Shown here: positions 11,690-23,149 of the stretch, piece by piece
Position numbering within the stretch: position 1 is the first letter of the stretch
Layout: every line of letters begins with the position of its first letter
NCBI GenBank assembly: GCA_046562895.1
Contig: CM102171.1
Location: 24,343,509 to 24,407,508, forward strand
DNA: 64,000 bases
Origin: Trichechus inunguis
Lineage: Eukaryota
Reading direction: 5' to 3'
Made by a program: the position numbers and the translations under genes
Notes under the pieces: generated by a model
Told to the model about the DNA's origin: nothing
Seen by the model: the letters and a program-made list of their open reading frames with translations, nothing else
Database searches by the model: none

Positions 11690-13230
11690 TTTAAAAAATA
11701 TGTTACAGTCACGTTAGAGCATTTTCATCACCTCAAAAAGAAACCCCACACCCCTTAGCAGTCATTCCCCATTTCCTCCCAAGCCCCCAGCCCTAAGCAA
11801 CCCCCGATCTACTTTGTCTTTATTGATTTGCCAATTGTGGACATTTTATGTTAATGGAATCATGTGTCGTTTTTTGTGTCTAACTTATTTCACTTAGGAT
11901 AATGTTTTCAGGATTCATCTATGTTGTAGCATGTATCAGTACTTCGTTCCTTGTTATGGCCAAATAATATTCCATTTTATGGATATACCACATTTTGCTT
12001 ATCCATCATTCATCAGTTGATAGACATTTGAGTTTCCACTTTTGTGCTATTATGAATAATGCTCATATGAGCATTTGTGTTCAAGTTTTTGTGTGGATGT
12101 GTGTTTTTATTTCTTTAGGGTATATACATAGGAGTGGAATTACTGGATCACATGGCAACTCTGTATTTAACCTTTTGAGGAATTGCCAGGTTGTTTTCCA
12201 AAGTGGCTGCACCATTTTACATTCCCACCATCAGTGTATGAGGATTCAAATTTCTCCACATCCTCAATACTTATATCTCTTTGATTCTAGTCATGCTAGT
12301 GGGTGTAAAGTATCTCATTATGCTTTTAATTTGAATTTCCCTGATGGCTAATGAGGTTAAACATTTTTCCATGTGCTTATTGGTATATCTTCTTTGGAGA
12401 ATTGTATATTCAGATCCTTGGCCTATTTTTTAACTGGGTTATTTATCTTTTTATTGTTGAGCTATAAGATTTCTTTATATATTCTGGATATAAGTCTCTT
12501 ATGAGAGATATGATTTGCAAATATTTTCTCCCATTCTGTGGGTTGTCTTTTCATCTTTTGGATGGTGCTCTTTGAAGCACAAAAGTTTTTAATTTTAATG
12601 AAGTCCAATTTGTCTGTTTTTTTCTTTGCTGCTTGTGCTTTTGGTGTCATATCTAAGAAAGTTTTGCCTAACCCAAGGTCATGAAGATTTACCCCTGTTT
12701 TTTTCTAACAGTTTTATAGTTTTAGCTCTTACATTTAGGTCTTTGATCCTTTTTGAGTTAACTTTTGTTTATGGTGTGAGGAAGGGGGTCCAACTTCATT
12801 CTTTTGCACGTGGATATCCAGTTGTCCCAGCAATATTTGTTGAAAAGACTCTTCTTTCCCTATTGAATTGCCTTGGCACCCTTGTTGAAAATCAATTGAC
12901 CATAAATATGAGCATTTGTTTCTGGACTCTCAGTTCTATTCCATTGATCTGTATGTTCATCCTTATGCCAGTACCACACTGTCTTGATTGCTGTAATTTT
13001 GTAGTAAGTTTTGGAATCAGGAAATGTGAATCCTCTAACTTTGTTCTTTTGCAGGATGATTTTTGCTATTCCTGGTCCCTTGAATTTCCAGGTGAATTTT
13101 AGGAATAATTTTTCAATTTCTGCAAAGAAGCCCCATTCTTTTTATAACGGTCAGAAACAATGTAATAACATCAAAGAGTATTTTGGAGAAAATAAATTAC
13201 CTATGACTGTACCATCCAAGCAATAATTAT
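11690..13230 (-). mobile_element. L1 LINE fragment (ORF2 C-terminal region plus 3' UTR) in TMEM219 intron 2
   Basis: Minus-strand ORF 12462-12650 gives 'KAQAAKKKTDKLDFIKIKNFCASKSTIQKMKRQPTEWEKIFANHISHKRLISRIYKEIL', typical of L1 ORF2. The plus strand shows the reverse-complement L1 string 'aataatattccattttatggatataccacattttgcttatccatcattcatcagttgatagacat'. Confidence 0.7.
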
Positions 13231-14337
13231 TGAGCAGCTACTACAATCCACCCTCGTTTATCTGCGGGTTCTGCATCTGCAGATTCAACCAACTGCAGAT
13301 TGAAAATATTTGGAAAAAATGTTACGTTTTTGCTAACATGTACTATGTAGTTAGGCCTATGATGGTTGCATCTGTGCTGAACATGTACAGACTTTTTTTC
13401 TTGTCATTGTTCCCTAAATAATACAGTATAACAACTATTTGCATAGCATTTACATTGTATTAGGTATTATAAGTAATCTAGAGATGATTTAAAGTATATG
13501 GGAGGATGTGTGTAGGTTATATCCAAATACTACACCATGTTATATGAGGGACTTGAGCATCTGCAGATTTTGGTATCCATGGGGTCCTGGAACCAATCCC
13601 CCGCAAATACTGAGGGATGACTGTATGTACCAGGCATGGAGAATACAGAGAGCTGTAAGACATAGGCCCTCCTCTCAAGCTGCTCAAAGTCTAACAAGGA
13701 TACGGGTGTGAATAGAAGTAAATACCTCTCAGTGTGTGAAGTAAAACACAAGATACAGTGGGGGGTTCCTAGAAGTCCATAAAGCAGGGATGGTGAGGAC
13801 AGGCTTTACTCAGGATAGAGTGCCTGACTGAGGCCTGAAGGAGGCTTAGGGGTTTGCCATTCCAGCCAGAGGGAACAGTGTGTGCAAAGGCATGTTTAGG
13901 AACCTCCAGGGGTTCCGTTTGGCAGAAGATGGGTGTGAAGCAGCAGGCAGAAATCTGTGAGGGTCTTGTGTGCCATGCCAAGGTAGTTGCGCTTTATTCC
14001 GTATACTGGGAAGACTCAAAGATTTTAATCAGGAAAGTAATAATGGTATTTTGTTTTGTTTGGTCGTTTTAAAAGATTACTCTGTTGGCCGACTGCCCGG
14101 AAGGAATGTGTCCAGGTGCAGGAAGACCAGTTAGCTGGAGTGGTTGCAGTAAAGAGATGATGAGAACCTGAGCTAAGGCAGTGGTGTGAAAGAGGGGAAC
14201 CGATTTGAGACAGACATTAGAAAAGTGGGATTGACAGGACTTGGTGACTGATTCCAGAGAACGTAGAAGAAAGGAGAGAAGTTCTCTTATAGAATTTTAC
14301 ATGTACGTTTTTCACAGTTGTAATAATGCTGCAAGGA

Positions 14338-14525
14338 GCCCTGGTGGCCCAGTGATTAAAGCGCTGGACTGCTAACCGAAAGGTGACTGGTTTGAACCTA
14401 CCACTGCTCAAAAATGTGGTAGTCTGCTTCTGTAAAGGTCACAGCCTTGGAAACCCTATAGGGCAGTTCTACTCTGTCCTGTAGGTCGCTATGAGTTGGA
14501 ATCCACTCGACAGGCAATGGGGAAT
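14338..14525 (+). mobile_element. AfroSINE
   Basis: 'ggagccctggtggcccagtgattaaagcgctggactgctaaccgaaaggtgactggtttgaacctaccactgctc...gtcgctatgagttggaatccactcgacaggcaatgg'. Confidence 0.8.
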
Positions 14526-14721
14526 AATGGTGCCTATGCCCATTTGTATTTATCTTTTTCATTTACAATATCATAAATGTTTTTCCATATGACTACTTCC
14601 ATATTATCATTTTAATGGCTGTAAATTAGTTCCTTAAGCGGCTAGGTCATCATTTGTTAATGCTTTCTCTGTTGTTAAACATCTCAATTGTTTCTCATTT
14701 TTCAGTATTATTGGTAGAATT

Positions 14722-14885
14722 GGAAACCCTGGTGGCGTAATGGTTAAGAGCTATGGCAGCCAACCAAAAGGTTGGCAGTTGGAATCCACCAGGCACTCCT
14801 TGGAAACCCTGTGGGGCAGCTCAGCTGTGTCCTTTAGAGTCGCTGTGAGTCGGAATCAACGCGATGGCAACGGGTTTGGTTTTTT
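14722..14885 (+). mobile_element. AfroSINE
   Basis: 'tggaaaccctggtggcgtaatggttaagagctatggcagccaaccaaaaggttggcagttggaatccaccagg...gtcgctgtgagtcggaatcaacgcgatggcaacgg'. Confidence 0.8.
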
Positions 14886-15409
14886 GTTTTTTTTAATTGG
14901 TAGAATTACAGTGAACATCTTGATACATTTTGCATTTTTCTTTTGAATTCTTTCCTTAGGAATAATTTTCACAAGTGGTATTACTGGGTAAAAGGGTATG
15001 GGCCTTTTTTAATATACAAATTCATTTTATTGTGTATTCAGACCATACAGAAGTATACAGAGCAAATGTAAAAAGGCCTCCTTACCTCCTGTCCGGAAGT
15101 GAATGTCCACAGTTTGGTGGACATCCACTTAATCCCTTTTGTGCCATTTAAATTGCAATAAATACAGCCAAATTATCTTCTAAAAGGTGTCATCGAGAGT
15201 GCCTATCTCCCCACATCTTCAGCAGCTCTTGTTATTATCTATCCTTTTAATTTTTACCAGTTTACTGGACAAAGGAATTACCACATTGTTTTAATTGACT
15301 TTCTTCTGATTGCTAATGAGGTTGCTCATGCTTATGCTAGTGAGCATCTTACAGGTTTGGCCATTTTCACATCTTCTGTGAATTACCTCTTCATATCCTT
15401 TACTTGAGG

Positions 15410-15620
15410 AGCCCTGGTGGTGCAGTGGTTAAGCGCTCGGCTGCTAACCAAAAGGTCGGCGGTTTAAATCCACCAGCCGCTCTGTGGTAGAAAGATATGG
15501 CTGTCTGCTTCCATAAAGATTTACAGCCTTGGAAATGCTGTGGGGCAGTTCTGCTCTGTCCTATAGGGTCGCTATGAGTTGGAATCGACTTGGTGGCAAT
15601 GGATTTGGTTTTTGGTTTTT
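15410..15620 (+). mobile_element. AfroSINE (near full length)
   Basis: 'ggagccctggtggtgcagtggttaagcgctcggctgctaaccaaaaggtcggcggtttaaatccaccagccgct...ctatagggtcgctatgagttggaatcgacttggtggcaatgg'. Confidence 0.85.
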
Positions 15621-16427
15621 ATCCTTTGCTCATTTTTCTTTTATTTGTCTCTTTCTTCTTGATTTTTAGAAGGTCTTAATACATTCTAGGTAGTAAACCT
15701 TTTCTCACTTAATATATTTTCAACCAATCTATTACTTGTTCTTTTAACTTATCTTTTATTATGTAGAAACTTTTAACTTTTATGAGGTCAGATTTATCAA
15801 TCTTGTCCTTTATTAAGGCTTTTAGCTTTTGTGTCTTTCTTAGGAAGGCCTTCCTCATCCTAAATTACAAAAATATTCTTCTGGGCTTTTTTGTTTATGG
15901 TGAAAATATACCTAACAGAATATAGGCCATTTCAACAATTTCTAGATGTACAATTCAGTAACATTGATTATGTTCTTTAAGTTGAGCAACCATTCTCGCT
16001 ATCCTTTTCCAAATTGTGCCACCACCATTAACATAAACTTAATGCCCCCTAAGTAAAAGCTCCCCTTATCCCCCCACCCCACGTTAACCACTAATAAGCT
16101 TTGGCTTCCATATATTTGTTTATTTCATATAATTGAGACATTACAGTGTATTTGTCCTTTATGCAACTGACTTATTTCGCCCAGCATGATGTTTTCAAGG
16201 TTCATCCGTGTAGTGGCATGCATCGGGACTTTATTTCTCTTTATGGCTGAGTAGTATTCCGTTGCGTGTATATAGCACATTTTGTTTAGTCATTCATCTG
16301 TCGATGGACATTTCTGTCGTTTCCACCCAGGTACGGATTACCCAATAAGCAAGGTACGCACGGGATTGTTTTCTTACTAGTCTGTAGTGCACAATTTCAC
16401 TTGGGTTTCACCACATCTAGGTATAAA

Positions 16428-16589
16428 CCAAACCAAACCTGTTGCCTTCGAGTCAATTCCAACTCATAGCGACATTATAGGACAGAGTAGAACTGTCCCA
16501 TAGGGTTGCCAAGGAGCGGGTGGTAGATTTGAACTGCCGACCTTTTGGTTAGCAGCCTGAACTCTTAACCACTGTGCCACCAGGGCTCC
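16428..16589 (-). mobile_element. AfroSINE nested inside L1
   Basis: Reverse complement of the AfroSINE: 'gttgccttcgagtcaattccaactcatagcgacattataggacagagtagaactgtcccatagggttgccaaggagcgg...gaccttttggttagcagcctgaactcttaaccactgtgccaccagggctcc'. Confidence 0.8.
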
Positions 16590-17442
16590 ACATCTAGGTA
16601 TACATGGGCTTCAGTGTGTTTACTTACTAACTTGTAGTGCACAATTTCACCTGGGTTTCACCATGCAAGCCCACGTGTAGCTTGCTTTTTGTAAATCAGT
16701 GTATACCGTGCTTACTGGTTAATCTAGCCCTGTTTCCCCTGTTTGGCTATTATGAAAAGGTGCTGCAATGAACATTGGTATAGAGGTTTCTGTTTGCAGT
16801 CTTGCCTTCACTTCTTCTGGGTATAAGCCTGGGCTTCAGATTGCTGGGTCATATGGAAATTCTATGTTCAGCATTTTGAGGAACTGCCAAACTTTTCCAC
16901 AGCTGCTGCCCACCATTTTACATTCCCAGCAGCAGTGGCTGAGGGTTTCACTTTCCCCACAACCTCACCAACACTTGTTTTCTGTTGTTTTGATTGTTGC
17001 CTTTCCAATGGGAGTGAGATGGTATCTCATTTGGTTTCGATTTGCATCTTCCTAATGGCTAACGATGTTAAGCATCTTTTCATGTGCTTGTTGATCATCT
17101 GAATATCCTCTTTGGTGAACTGTCCAAGTCCTTTGCCCATTTTTCGATTGGGTCGTTGTTAAGTTTTAGAAGTTTTTTTTTAAATAATATTTTGGATATT
17201 AGACCCTTATCGGATATATGGTTCCCAGAAATTTTCTCCTAATCTGTAGGTTGTCTTTTTTGATAAAGTCCTTTGATGAACGAAAGTATTTAATTTTTAT
17301 GAAGTCCCATTTACCTATTTTGTCTCTTGCTGCTTGTGCTTTTGTGGTCATATCTGTTCACCCACCATTAAAAACTAGGCCCTGCATCCATGCACCCATA
17401 TTTTCTTCTAAGATTTGTATGGTTTTAATGTTCATGTTTAAG

Positions 17443-17636
17443 GGGCCCTGGTGGCACAAACAGTTAAGCGCTCAGCTGCTAACCAAAAGGTTGATGGTTC
17501 AAACTCACCTGGCTGCTTCAAGGGAGAAAGACCTGGCAATCTGCTTCTGTAAAGATTACAGCCAAGAAAACCATATGAGGTGGTTCTGTTTTGTGACATG
17601 GGGTCACTATGAGTCAGAATCGACTCGATGGCACCC
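17443..17636 (+). mobile_element. AfroSINE nested inside L1
   Basis: 'ggggccctggtggcacaaacagttaagcgctcagctgctaaccaaaaggttgatggttcaaactcacc...gggtcactatgagtcagaatcgactcgatggcacc'. Confidence 0.8.
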
Positions 17637-19157
17637 AGCAGCAGTTTTCACATTTAGGTCCTTGATCCATTTTGAATTGGTTTTTGTGCATGGTGTGAGG
17701 CTTGGATCCTGATTCATTCTTCTGCATGTGGAAATCCAATTTTCCCAGCACCATTTATTGCAAAGATTCTTCCTTCCCCATTGAATAGACTTAGTGCCTT
17801 TGTCAAAAATCAGTTGACCATAGATGCATAGATTTATTTCTGGACTCTAGATTCTATTCCATTGGTCTATATGTCTGTTATACCAGTATCAGACTGTTTT
17901 AATTATTATGGCTTTATAGTACGTTTTGAAATAAGGAAGCGTAAGTCCTTCTACTTTATTCATCTTCTTCAAGATTGCTTTAGCCATTCAGTGTTCATTG
18001 CCCTTTCATAAAAATTTGAGGATTGGATTTTCTATTTCTGTTAAAAAAAAAAAAAGTATTAGAATTTTGATGGGAATTGCATTGATTGCTTTGGGTAATA
18101 CTGACCTTAACTATATTAAGCCTTCCAATCCATGAACTAAAATGTCCTTCCATTTATTTAGGACTTCTTTAATTTCTTTTAGTAACATTTTAATAGTTTT
18201 CTGTGTACAAGTCTTTCACCTTCCTGGTTAAATTTATTCCTAGGTATCTTATTCTTTTAGATGCTATTGTAAATAGTAATGTTTCCTTAATTTGCTTTTC
18301 TGCTTGCTCATTGCTAATGTATAGAAACCCTACTGATTTTTTATGTTTTGATCTTATACCCTGCCACCTTGCTGTATTAATTTTTTAGTTCTAATAGCTT
18401 TATTATGGATTCTTTGGGGTTTTCTATGTATAAGATCTTGTCATCTGCAAAAAGGATACTTTTTAAAATTTTTTCTAGCCTAGGCTGGCTAGGAGTTTAA
18501 TACCGATATTGAATAGCAGTGGTACGAGCAGGCATCCATCTTGTTCCTGATCTTAATGAGAAAGCATTCAGTCTTTCTCCATTGAGTATGATGTTAGCTG
18601 TGGGTTTTTCATAAATGCCTTTGTATTTTAATACTTGCTTAGGGTTTTTTTTTTTTTTAAATTTATTTGTTTGTAGCTCTTTAATCCATCTGGACTTTAT
18701 ATCATTTCTAGTGTGAGATAAGAGTCTAAATTTATTTTTTTCCTAATGGAAATTGTCCCAAGGCCATTTACTGAACAGGCCATCCTTTACCCACTAATTT
18801 GAAATGGAGTGTGAATTTTTTAATGGATTTTGGTACCTAATGGAAAACTGCTTTCCTAAAAAGGAAAAATGTTTATGCAGACTGACGTTGGCAACATGTT
18901 TCTACCCCAGTTTCACTGCAGCCTTGCGAGTATTGGTATTATTGTTTCATTGATAGAAAGCTAGTTTAATTTTTGTTTAAATTAGTACATAGTTATTTTC
19001 ATTTCTTGATGATGTAAATTATGGTATATGGAGTACTTTATTGAATAGAATCAATGCCAAAATGTCTGGTATTGCAGGAAGCCCTGGAAATGAATAGAAA
19101 TCTGAAGATGGATTGCTCGCATCCCACCCCTCATTTTCTCTCCTGGGCTTCTCACAG

Positions 19158-19387
19158 GATCTAATGCAAGAGAGCTGGTCCTCATTACAGCGAGGGTGAC
19201 CACAGGAAGGACTCCAGGAACCTGCCTGTATTTTAATGCTGCCCCAGACATCCTGCCCTCCAGCCAGCCTCCCATAGCTTGCCCAGAGGAGGAAGCAGGG
19301 AATGCCACTGTGAGCCCTAGGATGGCTGACGAATGTATCCGGATCTGGAGCCACGAAGGCCTTGTGCTCACCAAACTGCTCACCTCG
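19158..19387 (+). CDS. TMEM219: TMEM219 coding exon 3
   Basis: Acceptor ctcacag|GA, donor TCG|gtaaga. Encodes 'GSNARELVLITARVTTGRTPGTCLYFNAAPDILPSSQPPIACPEEEAGNATVSPRMADECIRIWSHEGLVLTKLLTS'. Phase is continuous with exon 2. Confidence 0.85.
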
Positions 19388-19494
19388 GTAAGAACCTCCA
19401 ATAATCGCCCAGGTTCACAGACTGCCATGCAGAATACTATGTCCTGGAGGCTCCAGGAGGCAGTGTTGCCTAATAGAAAAAGTACCAGCTTTGC

Positions 19495-19590
19495 AGTCTG
19501 GCCCTTGTAGGTGGTGTGGCCTTTGAGCAAACATCTTAGCTTCTCTGAGCCTCAGCTTCTTCATCTGTAAAATGGAAAACACAATACTAT
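19495..19590. repeat. MIR core relic
   Basis: 'gcctttgagcaaacatcttagcttctctgagcctcagcttcttcatctgtaaaatggaaaacacaatact'. Confidence 0.6.
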
Positions 19591-19857
19591 CTCCTAGTAG
19601 CAACAAATAATGATTAAATGAGAAGGAATGTAAAGTGCCCAGCACAATGCATGATAAATAATAGAAGTTTGATAAATGGCAGCTGTTACTATTAATTATT
19701 GTCTTTAAATACAATAAAACATGATTTCTGCCTCAAAGGAATTCAGAAACTGTAATAAGAGGCAGAATAGGCTAATTGCTGTGATGGAGATGTGAGCGAA
19801 GTGTCATATAAACACTGAGTAAAGAGCAGTTAACCTCAACTTGAACATTTATAAGGA

Positions 19858-20075
19858 GTCCTGCTGGTGCAGTGGTGCAGTGGTTAAAGCGCTTGGCTAA
19901 CTGAAAAGTTGGCGGTTTGAACCCACCAGCTGCTCTGCGGGAGAAGGATGTGGCAGTCTGCTTCCGTAAAGATTACAGCCTTGGAACTGCCCCTATGGGG
20001 CAGTTCTTCTCTGTCCTACAGGGTCGCTATGAGTCAGAATCGACTTGATGGCAGTGGGTTTGGCTTGGGTGGACA
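19858..20075 (+). mobile_element. AfroSINE in TMEM219 intron 3
   Basis: 'ctggtgcagtggtgcagtggttaaagcgcttggctaactgaaaagttggcggtttgaacccaccagctgctc...gggtcgctatgagtcagaatcgacttgatggcagtgggtttgg'. Confidence 0.8.
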
Positions 20076-21074
20076 TTTATGGAGAGTGCTTCACAGAGAA
20101 GGTGGCATTTAAGAAAGACAGTTGTGTACAATAGTTTATAATGCACAAGTGCTTTCAGGTTCATTATTCCATTTGATCTTAAAATAACCGTTTGAGGGAG
20201 GTGTTGTTATTCCATTTTACAGATGAGGAAACAGGCTTAGAGAGAGGGAGTGAATTGCCCAAGGCCACACAACTGGTAATTGGCAGAGCCAGGACTGCAA
20301 CCCACATCTTCTGACTCCTAGACCCAGGCTTGTTCTGCCCTGTCAGGCTGATTCTTGAAGAATGAGGAAGATTTTGGTAGGGAATGCAGTAGAGGGGGTT
20401 CAAGAGAGGGGAGATTCGTCCCAGGCAAAGGGAACAGCATGAGCACAGGCCTAGGATTGAAAAATGTTCGGTCTTTGGGGGGACTCCATGATGAGTGGCT
20501 TAGGAATGACTTAGGAGAAGAGGCAGGAGAGACTGCAGAGACCAGATTGTGAGGCACTGTGAATGCAAGGCTAAGATGCTACGAGTGGACGTTGTAGGCC
20601 TTGGGGCCACTGAGGGTTTCAAGGAGCAGAGAGGGGTACCCCACTGTTGGCTGGGTGGAGATTGGCTGCAGCAGAGGAGGTAGACCAGTTGGGAGGCTGC
20701 CGCATGCTCTCCTCAGAGTTGTAAAGACCCTGGTGAGGAGCATGACCTGAGAGCTTGCAATCAGAGAAGACCTGTGCCCCAGACCTGACCCTACTTGTCC
20801 ACCTGTAAAATGTGGATAACAGTGAACTGTCCTATCTCATGGAGTCGTCATAGGGGCCCAAGTCAAGTCATCAGGTGGGCGAGAAAGCAGTTTGTAAACC
20901 ATTGAGACAAATGTTAGTTGTGCAAAAATAACATTTTCCCTTTAGTTGTTCTCTGGATGTGTACCCTCTCTCTCTCATGGTGGCTTCTTCTATAGCCCTT
21001 GGGCTGGGGGTAGGATATCTTCCCAAGGGAAGATGCTCCATCACTCCTCACTCCCTCCTTGTACCTACTTCCAG

Positions 21075-21212
21075 GAGGAGCTGGCTCTGTGTGGCTCCAG
21101 GCTCCTGGTCTTGGGCTCCTTCCTGCTTCTCTTCTGTGGCCTTCTCTGCTGTGTCACTGCTGTGTGCTTCCACCCACGCCGGGAGTCCCACTGGTCTCGA
21201 ACGCGGCTCTGA
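21075..21212 (+). CDS. TMEM219: TMEM219 terminal coding exon (includes TGA stop)
   Basis: Acceptor ttccag|GAG. Encodes the C-terminal TM helix 'EELALCGSRLLVLGSFLLLFCGLLCCVTAVCFHPRRESHWSRTRL*'. Total CDS is 723 nt = 240 aa. Confidence 0.85.
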   Translation, partial: EELALCGSRLLVLGSFLLLFCGLLCCVTAVCFHPRRESHWSRTRL

Positions 21213-23149
21213 GGGCACTGGCCCAGTTCCCGCCTTGTTCTCAGGTGAGGTTCTTTGCCGCAGTCCTTTGGGAGTAGGGAATGGGCTAAGGGTGATGATT
21301 ATAACTGGGGTAGAGCAGGTCCTTGGCATCCATTCTCAAATGTTGCTTCCTCTGTGTCCCTGGGAACCCTGTTCAACTGCAGGTATCCCTAGGCCTGTGA
21401 ACAATTTACACCATCAGCATTCAACATTTTTCTTATGATTACTTTTTTTACTTTTATATTCTAAAATGTTTAACACTTATGTAGGAAAGCCCACATAACC
21501 TAAAGTACAGCTGGACAAATTATTACAAAGCGGACATTCTTATAAAAACCACTCAGGCAAAAACGTAGGATATTCCCAGCAACACAAAAACCCCCCATTG
21601 TCCCTTTCTTCCTGACAACACCCTCCCTCCCCCTAGAGGTAACTACTATCTTGCTTTATGGTTTAATACCAAGTATACATTCCTAAACAATATGGTTTAG
21701 TTTTACCTCTTTTTCAACTTGATGTAAATGCAGGCATACAAAACGTACTCTTTTGTGACTGTAGTCTACATCCAAGCTTTTTAAAAAAAATTGTGGGTCC
21801 TCAGAATCCTACAGATACATGAACTATGCACACAGACACACATTTTTTAATTGGCAACAATGGTAAATTAAAAGGGTTCAGGTTTGATGGTGTATCCTGG
21901 AGAGGAATCATGCTTGTCTTACTTTTGTCCTAAAGTCATGATACCCAGTTTTATGATGCAATTTTTGTATAATTCAACTTGAACAGCTCAAACAAATCTC
22001 ATTGATGATTTTGATAATAAAAGCTACCATTTAGTGGGTACATACTATGTCCCCAAGCACTTTTACATGCACCTTGTCTTTTCCATTTAGCCATCACTGC
22101 ATTTAGAAAAAGCTAGTCCTGATAACAGGATACTTCACAAAAGTAGCAGGGGGTGAGGAACACATGTCAGCTTATTAGGGAAAAAAAATATTTCTGCAAA
22201 AAATCCTCACTCTGATGGGTGGGTCTCATGGTCTGAGAGCCATATATGATGCACCAGCTCTTAAACTGTTGTCAGCTTCAGCTGGCTGTTGTGCCCCAGG
22301 AAATAACTGGGAGACATGGCAACAGCTCAGGCCCAGGGAAGGGCTCCACTAGAGGAACTGGAAGCTCAAGATCAACTTTGCTTATTTCACCATTTTGCTC
22401 AGAGCTAGGCCTGACTGCTCCAACCACCTACTTGGGACAGGAAGTGGTGGAGCCCTCTCCGTCTTTCTTAGATACGAGTCAACTGGGAAGGAAGCCTTTC
22501 TGGCCCCTGGCAGATCCTGGGGCCCTGAGGCCATTCTGACTAGGACAAGTACCCACTCCTGTCTCTAGTTGTCATTTCCTCTGCTCCTTCCTCAATTTCT
22601 GCAGTCATCCCAGAGCTCTCCCCAAGGGCTCTGTGACCTGCCCTGTGTTTTAATTTTCTTTCTCTCTTCCCCAGGTCTGAGTCAACCTCTTGGGCCTTGG
22701 TTCTGAGTTGGAAGAGTTGTTACAAAAAGTGAAGAGCTGGATTGTGGGGAAAAATAAAAGGCTTTTTTGCCCAGTGTTCCTGGGGTGTTGATTGGGGATT
22801 GGGTTCAGGTGAAAATTTTAGGGTAGACAGGCTTGGGAGCTTTGGGAGATTTTTTCCTATAAGCTCATTTGGGATACAGGTTGGATTAAGGCATAGGTTA
22901 CTTCATCTCTTCCCACTGTGTGACTGGGCTTTGGAAAATACCTGGTTTTGGTCCCATCTCTGCCACTTTATGTCTTGTTTTCTTCTGTGGAATAAGATTG
23001 ATAATTCCAGCCAATTGGGAGGGTCACGTGGAAGTGCTTTGACATAAATGCAGTGTGACCTTGGGTAGGGTCATGCAAATCCTTCGGCCCTCAGTTTCAT
23101 GAAGGGATTTGACTTAGTGAGTTTTCCCAGCACTTACGTGCCAAGATTC

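Larger units (their letters stand above)
15880..18700 (-). mobile_element. L1 LINE 3' portion carrying two nested AfroSINE insertions
   Basis: Reverse-complement L1 strings appear on the plus strand: 'ggctgagtagtattccgttgcgtgtatatagcacattttgtttagtcattcatctgtcgatggacat' and 'gtttcccctgtttggctattatgaaaaggtgctgcaatgaacattgg'. L1 continuity resumes on both sides of each SINE. Confidence 0.65.
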
